A stretch of DNA of 64,000 bases, from assembly GCA_040954595.2 (NCBI GenBank), contig CM082582.2, positions 13,056,327 to 13,120,326 of the forward strand, in the 5' to 3' direction. The notes beneath the pieces were generated by a model. The model was not told the origin of the DNA. It saw nothing but the letters and a program-made list of their open reading frames with translations, and did not search any database. Shown here piece by piece: positions 26,901 through 39,400 of this stretch. The stretch is from Balanoglossus misakiensis. Its lineage: Eukaryota > Animalia > Hemichordata. Position numbers and translations under genes: made by a program. Positions within the stretch are counted from its first letter, which is position 1. The number at the start of each line of letters is the position of its first letter.

Positions 26901-28454
26901 TTTCAATTTCACGGACTTTCACTGAAGGAGAGGGTGCCACAGAAGCTGGTCCCGTAACTACTAGAAAGGAATGATCAGCTCAAATGACAATGTGCTCTCC
27001 AGAAAAGGTGGGAGGGAAGACATTAAATGCAACATCTCATAAAAAGAGTGCAAACATTAATTTAGGATTATGTCCCATGCATTATATATCCTGGTTAGAC
27101 TTGCACAATCTCCAATTCAATCGCTATTTTTTCTGATGATACACCAGCGCATTACCAGATTGGATTTGTCGCAGTATATCAATGACAGGTTTTGAGTTCC
27201 TGCTATTACATCGCTATTGAACGCAGCAGACAAGAGAATGTATATTGTTGATGGATTGAGTGGCTGGGTCCTGCAGTCAGCAATGATATTTCAGTTTGTA
27301 AAACTGCTTTGCTGTACTCAGAACCAAGCCCTTACATGTAGCTTCCCGGTTTGAGAATTGATTTTAAGTTGCATGGAGATATATTTCTCTCAAGGGAAGC
27401 TGCAAGTTCTCAGTGATTGGTTGCATATTCATCTCACCCATCAAATGTGTCAGCAACATCGTGAGATTTGAATATGCTCAATATTTCCATAAAATATATA
27501 ATCATCTTGATGACCTGGTTAAAAAGGGCTGGCATGATATAATATTGAATGTTTCTCTGCTTGAAAATATGCAAATGTTGAATTTCATAAGCACATGTTC
27601 ATTTCAGAAGATAAATTATCTGCCCTTTTATAATAATTGATTTCAGATTAATTATCCCTGCTTTGATACAAAAAATAGTGTTGCTGGATGCCTTTGCAAA
27701 AACAAAATTCTCGAAGATACATCCAGAAATAACTTTATCCCAAATAAATGAAAAATGGTTCATTTCATGAATAAACATGTTTGTGAGACAAGAAAACATA
27801 TTGCCAAAGAAACCGTAACCATCTGATATACTTGATGTTAACAAGGCCTCACCTTGAACCTGAAAATGACACAATTTCTGGAGCATATTAAAACTTGCTG
27901 AAGTCTGCTTCCTTGGAGTCATTGAGTGATTGTATATTACTTCATGAATACTATGTTTACACATTTGGCAATATTGATTGTTTTCCCTTCAAATTCGCAT
28001 GAAAAGGGGCTAAAAATAGTACAGACGTCAGTTGACCTTGAACTGACCTGAACTTCACATGAAAGGTACGCGTCGTGTTACACCGTAACGAAGTGACGGT
28101 GTTGAAGCGATTTAAGGGTATCGACTGTCAACTATGGTCAATGTATCAACAACCGAACAACAATACAACACCAGACCTCCCCTTATCTCTGGGGAAAGAA
28201 CAACTTGAATGTTTTGTCATATTTGCTGTGGAATAACAAATAAACTCTTCCGTCTGGACAAATATTCTCGTAAAGTGAATATTTTAAAACGTGCTGTTGA
28301 ATATAATCGATCGTTTCACATTAAGTGACACAGTAACAGCGACAGTTCGCCACCTTCAGCACAAGAAATTGCGATTTCACATTATCAGAGCACGAAATTA
28401 TGGTCTTACCAACGTCTTTTGGATGATCTGTCTCTTTGGGCGAGCACTATTCAT
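14903..28454 (-). CDS. JARID2: Protein Jumonji / JARID2 (PRC2 cofactor), 20 exons, ~1320 aa
   Basis: Exons 28410-28454, 22174-22565, 21881-22029, 21148-21410, 19561-20985, 19341-19411, 19138-19219, 18888-19013, 18695-18766, 18520-18577, 18246-18376, 17975-18057, 17518-17553, 16872-17057, 16564-16675, 16055-16237, 15761-15891, 15456-15636, 15209-15322, 14903-15025. The 45-nt exon 1 encodes [15 protein letters not shown]. Also UIM-like [33 protein letters not shown], JmjN ([11 protein letters not shown]), ARID, a JmjC lacking the Fe-binding His residues, and a C5HC2 zinc finger ([17 protein letters not shown]). Confidence 0.93.
17605..17699. mobile_element. ~90-bp piggyBac-type MITE, copy 1 (JARID2 intron)
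   Basis: TTAA-CCCTTTCACCCCCA ... TGGGGGTGAAAGGG-TTAG: 14-bp TIR with a TTAA-like target site. Confidence 0.8.
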
Positions 28455-29271
28455 GATGTACAGTAGAAATCCATAGACGAATTCACAGGCTTTTGCATGA
28501 ATGGCTGATATTATCACTTATTTCCCCACTACACAGTTCCGATCCACTCACTGCAACGTCAGTCGTTACCTCGATATCCCGTCAATTATACAGTGGTCCG
28601 AACAATACCAAAGAGCGCCAATCGCATACAATCCATACACAACAGCGCGTCCCTTATGTATCTGTACGAGTAGCAAGCAAACAACTTTCCGGTTATCTCC
28701 GCATTAAACTACCCAATAAACAATTTCTGTCCGATCAGCTGCCACTACATGATCGCTTTTGTTTATACACCGCTTCAGTAGTCCGTTCTCTTTACCGTGT
28801 AATATCCAGCAGATTTAAAAATGGCCGCGACGAGTTCCCCTCGTCCAAACGGGCCTTGGAGGAACTATTCTACGTTGAGGCTAATGGTCCTTAGTCCTCA
28901 TTGGATTCCCTCCACATTCGCACAACGAAACGGCAGATAGGTTGGCAGCTCGCTTTGGTAGCACGGTGAAAGTGCGACCAGATGATCACAATAACAGTAC
29001 AACTGTCGCCGCCATTTTGTACATGTGCCGACTTGACGAGTGCGCATGTCAAGCCCCGGCAACTTTGAATATGCTCAGGAAAGATACATAGTTCGGATTT
29101 TCGGGGGTAAAGTGATTTATTTTATTAGAATGTATTTGCTTTAAATAAAATTCGATACATTTTATTGGTTCTATTGAAAGAAAATACACATTTTCTGAAG
29201 AAGTGTCGTAAAAAACGAGGAAGTAAAGGATGACGAGATGCATTGTGGGGGACAAATGTCAGCATTTCAAG
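28455..29271. promoter_or_regulatory. Putative bidirectional promoter and 5'UTR region, JARID2 / PIGT
   Basis: Divergent ATGs ~820 bp apart in a CpG-enriched region. YY1-like motifs AAAATGGCCGC (~28818) and GCCGCCATTTT (~29008); AAGATGGCGG overlaps the PIGT ATG. Confidence 0.6.
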
Positions 29272-32200
29272 ATGGCGGTAAAGCCGAATGATCTAACATT
29301 ATGGGTCGCGTTAATGTTTCCGTGCATGTTAGTAATCGGCCAAGCCTACGCATCATCGGATAACTTTACGGAAGAGCTGTTTATCAAACCTTTGTCATCA
29401 GGCCACGTTTATGCACATTTCCAGTTCACAACAACTTGGGATGTAGACATACACGACCAAAGTACATGTAAGTTGTCGTGATCGTGGCCCAGGAAATGAT
29501 GTCGAGTCGTAACCAAGGTTCAAGAAACGAATGAACCGGGAAATGTTTGTAATTTGTTCGGATCTATCGTTACCGAACAAGTAGATTGTTTTTCACGTAC
29601 TTGGTAAAACAGATAGTGTCCATCATGTGCGCATATCGAGGGTTCTGAAGCGTGGAAGATAACTGCAAAGACGTTGCTATGGAAACAAGTGCAGGTGCAC
29701 TGTCTCCATCAGTTTATAATGATCGATGCTTCTTTTGGAGATACTTATCGATGATATCATGATACATATTTTGCGTGGAAGTTTTTTTTTCACCAAATGA
29801 GTTATGAAAGCTTTCCACTCAAATGTAAAATTCATGATATGACGATGTGATATAGTGATGAAATGTAATAACCCTTTTTAATGTTTTAAAATGCTTTTAC
29901 CACTTTGGGTGATCAAGTACATGTAGTCCTGTACAACATTGTGCTTTTAATAATGAAATGGAGCCCTTACGGCCCATCTGCTAAACCTCCACAATGAAAT
30001 AAGTCATAAAAAAGCAAACTTCATCTTGGTAATCTCTTTTCCTCTTTCAGTTTCACACTACAACTTATTCCCAAAGTCACTCGGCCAGATAATCAGCAAG
30101 TACTCTGTGCAGGAATTACATCTGTCGTTGACTCAGGGTTATTGGAGATACGAGAAATGGGGTTATCCAATAGTCTCAGCACCACCAGGGGCTGAACTGT
30201 GGGTTTGGTTTCGTCCAGATACACCAGAGTAAGTAAGAACAATAGACCCTTTTCATTAAGTCTAGCACCCTCACACAGTCATCATGAATTTGAACTCAAA
30301 GTGAGGCCAGTGGGGAAAGTTGACCAATCACTTCCATCCCCACAGGCCTATAATTATCAAAGACTGATAGTTGATCTATAACTTGCGCATTTGATTTTTT
30401 CACAGCATTGAACAGTCTTGGAAAGAGTTGGTCAATGCCTTGTCTGGCTTATTCTGCGCTTCACTGAACTTTATTGATGAAACAATTACAATATCTCCGA
30501 AACTTGCCTTCCGCCCACATGGTGTTACTACAGGTTAGACATTTTGATTTGTTACAGAGCTTAAATGAATTTTATTTTAAGAATTTAAATGTGAACATGA
30601 ATTTATAGACTAACAGCAAAATGTTTTCATTTTACAGATAAATATGCCAGCAATGCAAAATATCTAAGATATGCAACATTACCTAGGGAGAATGTTTGCA
30701 CAGAAAACTTGACACCATGGAAAAAATTACTACCTTGTGACTCAAGGGTAAGAACACTTTCTTTAATGCAGAACTATTTAATGAAAAAAGTACAAGCATG
30801 GACTTAGAATGGTTTAGGATGATGGTATATATTTCATAACTAATTTGAAAAGATATCAATTTCTTTTTTCTCTTTCCTAGGCTGGTATCTCCACTCTTTT
30901 CAATGCCTTGCAACTGTACAATGCAAACTACCATTCCTTAGGAGTTCACCTCAGACCCATATGCAAAGACCCATCATGCAGTTCACCCGCAATGGAACTG
31001 GGCCAGTCACTGTCAGTGGTATTTGACCCACCTATCCGTGAATTGGGTAAACAAGACTGGTCTCTAAGGAAGTTATTCGGAAGAGGATTAAAGGGATCAT
31101 GTCCTGTGGCCAGCCTCAGTAATATCTATGTGGATATAACTGATAAATCTGTAAGAATATTTTTTACTTCGTCAAAGTTGAACAGATTTTGTATACCAAT
31201 TCACAAAAATGGACAGTGGCATATTTTATTTGTCTAATAAAAATAAATGATTGCTTTTGCAGCCATCCAATCCAGCTCAGTTGACCCCTGACCCTGATAG
31301 AATCATCCAGACAACACGAGGCGCAGATGAACGTGAATATGCAGTGTACGACCTCAAAGCCTGGGACAGTCCTCATCAGTTAATGGTAGCCATGAAATGG
31401 ACACAACGACATCAATATGGTAATGATGCAAGATGCACATACTTATACATACGTCAGAATGACATCATAGGTCACCAGGGGGTCAGGGCATACAGAATTT
31501 CAGGAGCAAGAATCTCAGTAAAGATTACACAAATATCAAATGTTGACAATCGTTTTTTTCCTTCCAGCTGATCCACACCCACCACAGATCCATGTGCACA
31601 GATTCATAACTGGATACGGCCAAGAGAAAGGCGGAATAACATGTCTTTTGTACAACAATGATCCTGAGAATTTCCAGCCTGTCTTCTATCTGGAAACAGT
31701 TGGATGGTTCATCAGGCTTCACTTCCACACTCTGAAGATTCAAGCGTTTAATAGGACCTTGAAACCAGGTCAGGGTTTTTAGTCTGAGAGTAAGAATGTC
31801 CACAGAATTTGTCGTCAGCGAGAACACCATTTAAGTGGCTTATAAGTGCTTATATGAATATACCGCAGATCTTCTTGAGAAAATGTAATATTCATAAACA
31901 ATAATCTCCTGAAATATTTCTCTTTTTCTCCTCAGATTGGATTAAATACATTCCAGGTCAGGATCGATCAAGAGCTTACATGCTGGAGATGGTGTTGACT
32001 TTGCCACCAAGTTCTGTGACAACCGTCAGTATTGAATTTGATAGAGCCTTCTTGAAATGGACGGAACATCCACCAGATGCTAACATAGGATTTCATATCA
32101 GGTGTGTAACTGGCAAATGTGTAGCATACAGGTGGAATCTGGTCTGAGATAGTTAGTTGGAGATTTCTGCATGGAAATGTTCTCAGTATGGTCATGGTTT

Positions 32201-32837
32201 GTTTTTAGACACATTTAACTTTACAATTATTCATGGCCGGAATAATTAAACTGGTTTTTGTATCTGACCTGCAGTTCTGCTGTTGTGAGTGCCGTTTTGA
32301 AACATGGAGAGAATTACACATCACCAGAACAGAGCAGTTCGAGATTGGATCCAAGGTGAGTGTGATCATTATCCTGGCTACCAAGTAGCATTTCCTGTTA
32401 ATCTCAGTGACAATGAACATTGAATTGGTATCAAACTAATTATTTTTGTGCTTTTCTCTTCCAGTCTTACAAAGCCAGACAACCAGAAGGATTTCTTTGT
32501 TCGTCTTTATTCCGAAATTTTGCTAATTCAGTTGCCAACGCCTGACTTCAGTATGCCGTACAACGTGATATGTTTGGCCTGCACTGTGGTGGCCATTGCC
32601 TTTGGCTCGCTGTACAACCTGACAACCAGACATTTTGAACCAGTCGACCCGAGGGAGAAGAAAGGGATAAAGGCGAAGATTTCCGGGTTTTTGAGTAAAT
32701 TCAGGAAAGGTGCAAAGAAGGAAGCAAAGGTCAAGTCAAAGACGGAGGAAAGGGAACAGGAAGTTGTTGAAGAAAAAGTTGATGAAAATGAGAGTGAAGG
32801 TGATGAGAGTAGAAAAGATGATGTCAAAGACAGGTGA
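29272..32837 (+). CDS. PIGT: GPI transamidase component PIG-T, 10 exons, ~619 aa
   Basis: Exons 29272-29467, 30051-30228, 30406-30533, 30638-30747, 30881-31150, 31263-31419, 31568-31768, 31936-32101, 32275-32355, 32465-32837. Signal peptide, then [47 protein letters not shown], and [26 protein letters not shown] (TM). Confidence 0.95.
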
Positions 32838-33965
32838 TAAGACTGAAGATAAGATCTTTGAAAATTGAACACTAAAGACTTTTGGTGGACATTGTTACCA
32901 TGAAAACACTTCAGCTACTGCAAATATTGTACAAGGCTGTAGCAATGATGGGCGATTGAACTGTATATGTGCAGTTGTTTTGTTCAGTGAATTGCTGAGG
33001 AAAAGTGACAGCAATACACACACTTCGTGAAGAGATGTACATGGTTCTTTTTTTACAAAGAAAGGAAATAAATACCATAAGAGTTTAAAACTCCATATAA
33101 TTTACCGAGTGGTTATTGGTTATATGTACATTGTATCTAGAGCGCCCTCAAGTAAAAATCAGTGAGTTCAAAACGTTCATCTTGGCGTGGTGGCGCCACC
33201 AACGGCCAATATTTTCCACTCCATTAGCTAGCCCTACCACCATGGATGAAGCTAAATTTTGACGTTGATGGCAGTAATAGCTGTGGGTACATATTAACTC
33301 AGCTAAAGTTGTTCTGGTGGTTTTTGCTTCTATCTACACTATTTCACTGTCAACAACTTTTATACAACTAATTTTGGGAAATAAAAGTTCTAACCTACAC
33401 AACACAAGTACTGAGCTGCTACCATGGGCCTCAGTCAATCTGATAGAACCACGATTTTTCGGTAAGAACCACAGCTATGCATGAAACTGCCCAAGTGCAT
33501 ATAAGAAATTGTGTGTACATTCGAAGATCCACCAGAAATATAAATTAGAAAAAATGATTCATTATGTACTCACAATAGTAGGCTCTCGATGACCTCCTGT
33601 TCCATAATCTTTGGCTTTGTAGCAAGTGCTAGCAATCAGGGCTCACCAACAAGGACCGTCTTATGCACACAGACAGCAGTAGATTCAGCAGAATGGCCGT
33701 TACATTGAGATGCTGGGAAGATGATAATTTGTTTGGCGAAGACTTTGACCCGGAATAGTCAACTGGGACCATGAAGTCCCACTTTCCATGGTCTGTTTGT
33801 CGAATATGTCTTGTCCCAGCATATTCACTCTTTGCTGGTGTACTCAAAACCATGACCCCTCAAGCTAACTGATAATAAACAACAGGTGTAACACTCACAA
33901 TATGCAAATTGGCTTGACTGGGCTATCAGACACAACCTATCATTCGCCCTGACTGCAGCCAAATA

Positions 33966-34738
33966 CAGTGAAACCTGGCAAAACCGACCTCACCTCGGAC
34001 CACACATTCTGGTCGGTTTTCACAGTGGGTCGGTTTACTCAGAGTGGGCGTGGCTCCCCCCCCCCCCCCATGAACCCTTTGACCCCGATCTCATACACAC
34101 AGTGCACAGCAGACACACGCACGATATGTACACGTTGTACATTCATGTATATTTCAAATAAAAGGTAATTAAAAAACTTCTGTACAGTGTAATTTCTGAA
34201 AATTGTTAAAAATACAAAAAGTAAATTCAAGTTCGTTCGCGGGCTGAGTGGGTAAACAGGAAGACGTACACGGTATTGTTACGATAGGAAACATCGCTTC
34301 TGCAGTACTGTTTGATAAATCGCCGCCCTTGTCAACACTGCGTGGCCGCACTGTTGGTTATACACTGTATTGTTTACAAAAAGAGATTCACACCTCGCCA
34401 CCGGGAAGGCTTATCAGTAAATTGCTAACGAAGTGTTGACAAACCGTGGCTTTGACTATTGTTCGGAAGACAGGAAAACCAAAATTAGCACATCGTTGCG
34501 GTAATTTTTGATCAAAGACATGATTTCAACCTTTACAATAAAGTGATTGGTCGGTCTATTCAGGTTGAATTTGAGGGGTGGGACCGACCAACGCGGTCGG
34601 TGTTCGAAGTAGACAGTGGTCGGTATTCAGAGTGACTTTTACCATTGGCGTCAATGGGAAATTTTCGGGACTAAACAGATCGGTCGATTTTCACAGGAAG
34701 TCGGTTTACCCAGGGGTCGGTTTTGCCAGGTTTTACTG
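33966..34738. mobile_element. Non-autonomous Tc1/mariner (pogo/Tigger-like) MITE, 773 bp
   Basis: TIRs CAGTGAAACCTGGCAAAACCGACC / GGTCGGTTTTGCCAGGTTTTACTG (23 of 24 match). TA on both sides (33964-65, 34739-40). Subterminal GGTCGGT repeats at both ends. No transposase ORF. Confidence 0.9.
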
Positions 34739-36443
34739 TACAAAAAAAAATCCTCAGGAAAACAAAACCGGATAGACTACAATCTTTTGAGCTTCATTGC
34801 AATAAAATTTATTGAACTTGTGAAACACAAATCACACAATATTTTAACTTTGTAAAAAAATACTTCTGAATCAGTCTAACTCTACAAAAAAGTACTGCAG
34901 TGATTAGAAGAAAATATCTTTAGTTGCACTGCTTTTATCAGCTTGAACAAAAAGGAAACGAAAAGGGTCCAAAATATCAAAGGACCATGTCATCATAAAT
35001 GCTCTACGTTAACTCAACAACTCTAGTCATAAAAATTAAAAACAATATCAAGCATTGCAAGCATTGCATGGGGGTGAAATAAACTACACCCTTAATTCTC
35101 TACTTTTAGAATACCTACAGGAACAATCTTTATTGCAGTGAGACCATTAACCAGTAAAATAGGTAAAAAGGTCATTTCTAATCAATACATTTACAAAGGA
35201 ACTTTGTGAAGAAAGATCAAGTTACTGTTACTGTTACTGATAATCATGGATTTTCTTCAAAATATTACAAAATGTTGATTTTTTTAGAGTACTGATACGA
35301 AAATCCATTGCAGTATTTTTGAACTTTTTTTATCAAAAATGCGCAAATTCGTTATAAATTCTTACAAAACATGATCTGATCATGTTGTGAGATAGTCATT
35401 GGCAGTTTCAAATTTAAAATTATTTATTAAGGTTGGGGTGTAATGATTTAATAAAACAATACTAAAACACAAATGACATACAGCTGCAAGGTACCGTCAA
35501 TTACTGAGTATAAACTTGAAAATGTTCAACTACCACTGTCATGGCATTGCACTATCCGTAACCATCTCTAAAAAAAATCCTGCATGATAAAATTTGATCA
35601 GGTAGCAACCATGTCGTTCTGATAATTTCAAATCATCTTGGTTTATATTAGCACCTGAAATATTGCAATTCGTTCAATACTGTACAACAGGACAACTCAA
35701 TGACTCAAAACGTACAAACATCTAAACAGGAATAATAGAAACATAGAACTTTAAGTGATTTTTTCATAAATCTAATATTAATAAAGCTTACTCATGGAAA
35801 TAGAAAGCTGAGTTGCACCACGAGTTTCAAAATGTTTTCTTATAAAATTTTTGGTAACATAGAATTTTAAAATACTGATTTGGATATTTTGGCACCGATG
35901 TCTGTCTATTGCATCTGTTGTACTTTTTTTTCAAAATTAGAAATGTGGTAAAGCCATTACTTACAACAGTCAGAAAATTAGATCTTTGGCAATTTTTTTG
36001 TAAATAATAAAATTAAGATGAACAGAAAAAAACTACATTTAGATAGTAAAACGAGGGAGTTATCAACAACAACAAAATAACTTTAGAAATACTACTATAA
36101 TTAGCTGTCTTACAACTAAAAAAAGTTTTCTAAATACTTCAAAAATAGACAATATCGCTCTACTGTTTCCATGGTAATTCTTTCCAGAAACCATTCTTTC
36201 TAGAAACCATCATTTTTAAGTTGCTCTCAGGAAAATATTACATAGAACTTTCATGTAAAATACAGCTGGTGATTTCCAAGATGGCTTCCCCCCCAACCCT
36301 AGCAACCTGTGCAATGAAAGATGGCTGTCTCAGTGTGAAGCATGCAGTCCTTAAGATGGCTGCCCAGACAGCTATCTCTTGTATAATCCACAATTATAGA
36401 TGGCTACAACCATCATGAACAGTCTTTTTCTAGACACCATTGT

Positions 36444-39400
36444 CTAATCAGAGTCGGCACCACCATACATATCTGCTAGTTTCTGGAATGGTGGTCCAAG
36501 ATCTTTCAGGTAGCCATAGTCCTGTTCTGGTTCTGAACTGCTGCTAGTGTTAAGAGAACTCAAACTTCCTGCCGTGGAACTACCGCCCTCGTCGTCATAC
36601 AAGTGTAAAGTGTCGTAGGGTGGCGAGTTAGGATCATTATCGGCATCGTTTAGACGATCTTTGACAAAGTCACCCACATCTGGAGATTCACCTGAATGCA
36701 AAGAGAATCATTTAAATTAAAAGATTTAAATCCCCATTTTCTGGATAACCCAACAGTCAATACCCTTAATTTCTGATTGTTCTTCACAAATGACCGTGCA
36801 GACATTACCTGGTGGTGGTCTTGCCCGGGTCCGTGGTACCTCTCTCTCTGGCACTTTCTCAACTGGTGGTGGTACATCCTTGGCTCTGACTGGTGGTTCT
36901 TGTACCTTCTTCACAATAGGTGCACCCTCGCCTTCCACTGGCACACTCAGTGGCCGAATATCATATGCGTCTTGGTCCCCTTCTCCGCCTCCTTCATCAT
37001 CGTACACGATCATGTTCTCACGGATGTCGTCGTCATAGTAATCTTGCGCGATGATGTCTTTCTCGCGTTTGCGTTTGTAAATGATGCAAACCAGGACAAG
37101 GACTGGGATGGATAACATTAAATATTTGTCAGAATCAGTGATACTGCTAAACAAAACTGCTTGTTTTTGTAATAAAGGCATGCAATCACCTGTACTAATC
37201 TAGCTACTAATATCATGAATTCTATCGAGGTCCAACACTACCATAGAAAACAATCTGTTTGGACTAAACTACCAAAGCCAGACACCAATACTTACTCAAC
37301 AGGATAAGGAGACATAAGAGAATGGATAGTCCAGCACCAAGACTCATAGTCGCTCTTCCGTACCAGGCTTCAGCTTCCCGGATTTCACAGTGGATTCCAC
37401 TCCATCCAGCCGGACATATACAGATATATCCGTTGACGCCATCCACACATTCACCGCCGTTCAGACACGGATTGCTGAGACATTCGTCAATCTCTATACA
37501 TGTGCCGTTGAAATATTCTTCCCCGATCGGACACCTTGTGAAGAAATAAAATAACATGTGTCTTGAATCATTGTGTAAAATGTGCATTTGTTCATAAACA
37601 TGTATAAGTGTATGTGCATGCATGCATGCAAATGTTGACTTACAATATACAACTCTAATGACAGGAGTAATCTGTCCACAAATCTTACTTACCTACAGAT
37701 GTACTCTCTCCAGATATCATAGCAAATAAATGGATCAGGACATGGGTCACTGTCACACACATCTGAATAGCAACCGAAGTTGACTCCTTCAGAGGGCGTT
37801 GCCACGGTACCACTTGTGTTGCCTTCCATTCCAAGGTAGACATTACTGATTCTTGGATCCATCATACAACCTGAGAAAGGAATCATTTTTACGGATATCA
37901 GAATCGTCATTTGGATATGTTGCTATAAAATGGCTGGCCACTACCCACACATCACACATTTAGCTCAATATTATTACATAGTAGCAAGGGCTGGAGAGTT
38001 TACTTCTAATACAATATACACACAAATTTACTTGACCTTAAACCTTGACCTTACCTTGATAATTCATGGTCACCTGCAGCTGGACATCCACCTGTGCTCC
38101 GAGGACCAATGATCTTCTGTCAACCACCAAATCATAGAATTGACCCTGTCTTGATTCCATCTGTCGAACACCACCACCGCCATCCACTTTCACTAACACA
38201 TGGTTTCCATAACGTTCCAAGACTATGGAATGCCAGCCACCATTATCCATGGAATATTTTGCTAATATCATCTCCCAGCCTTCTCCATTGTCTCCCAGGT
38301 TATATTTTGTCACTAGTAAACCTTGTTGAAGCTGTGAAAAGTGATTTGGGATTGTTAAAACAATGACGATGTCCAACACATTTTATCAGATTGAGTGAAA
38401 AATTGAGCCTTCAGTTTTTGTGAAAAATAATGATTTTATTGAAGGTAAATTAAAAGGTAGACTTCTGAGAACAGACTGAATGACGTACCTCTAGTCGGAT
38501 GAAATCCCAACCATTTTCATCTGAGATGTGCCAAATCAAGCCTTCCTGTTCCCTAGTACGGATGGCTATGTGGTACTCTGAGGAATAATCACTGAGTGGT
38601 ACTGTGTCTGCTAACACATAGGTGATGTAACTCTCCTCCAGGAAGTCGTATGCAGGCGTTTCTGAAATAAAACCATCATCATTTCAACCGTCATTTGAAT
38701 CACCAATTCAGCCATCAGTATCATGGTCAATTATACTACTGTACTACCGTCAGAATTCCATTCAACTCATCAATATGCTACCATCAATTCCACAGTCAAC
38801 ATTAATCAGTCAAACAAATCAGCCAAGAATAACGATATCACTACTCTGATTACAACCTGCAGTGGTGCCTCTGAAAGTGCTCGTTGAACACTTAGATAAA
38901 ACCATGCCAACACAGTCAGTCGGGATAAAATTAACACCATATAAATGCTCACCCATTCCACAGGTGTCGCCATAGTAACCAGGGTAGCACAGACAATAGA
39001 AGTCATTCAAGTCACCAACACAGGTTCCATTTCCACAGAGAAAAGAACCATCCATCTCATCATAACACTGCCAGTCTGTTCTCTTGCAACCGGGATCACT
39101 ATTCAGGAATTTCGACGGTGACCCAAGGTCAAAGATCTTACTGTCCTGGTCAAAATTTTTGATGCAGCCATCAAAGTTGTTGGAAACATAGGTGAAATCA
39201 GCAGGGTAGACGTAATCAGCTTCTTCGATGATTCCTCCAAGTTGTAGTGGCATGTTGGTGTTCAAAAACCTGAACAGAAAAAGTATTGTCAGTTTCGAAT
39301 CACAGGGAACCCTCTAGCAAATATGAGATTTCAGCCACGCAATAATAATGAGAGAAACAAGAGATAGGGCCACCGATACTGGTCTGGAGTTACAGACAGG

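Noticed and set aside
33130-33960. Intergenic stretch with short ORFs, possibly an old element
   Set aside because: No termini, target-site duplication or recognisable protein motif found.
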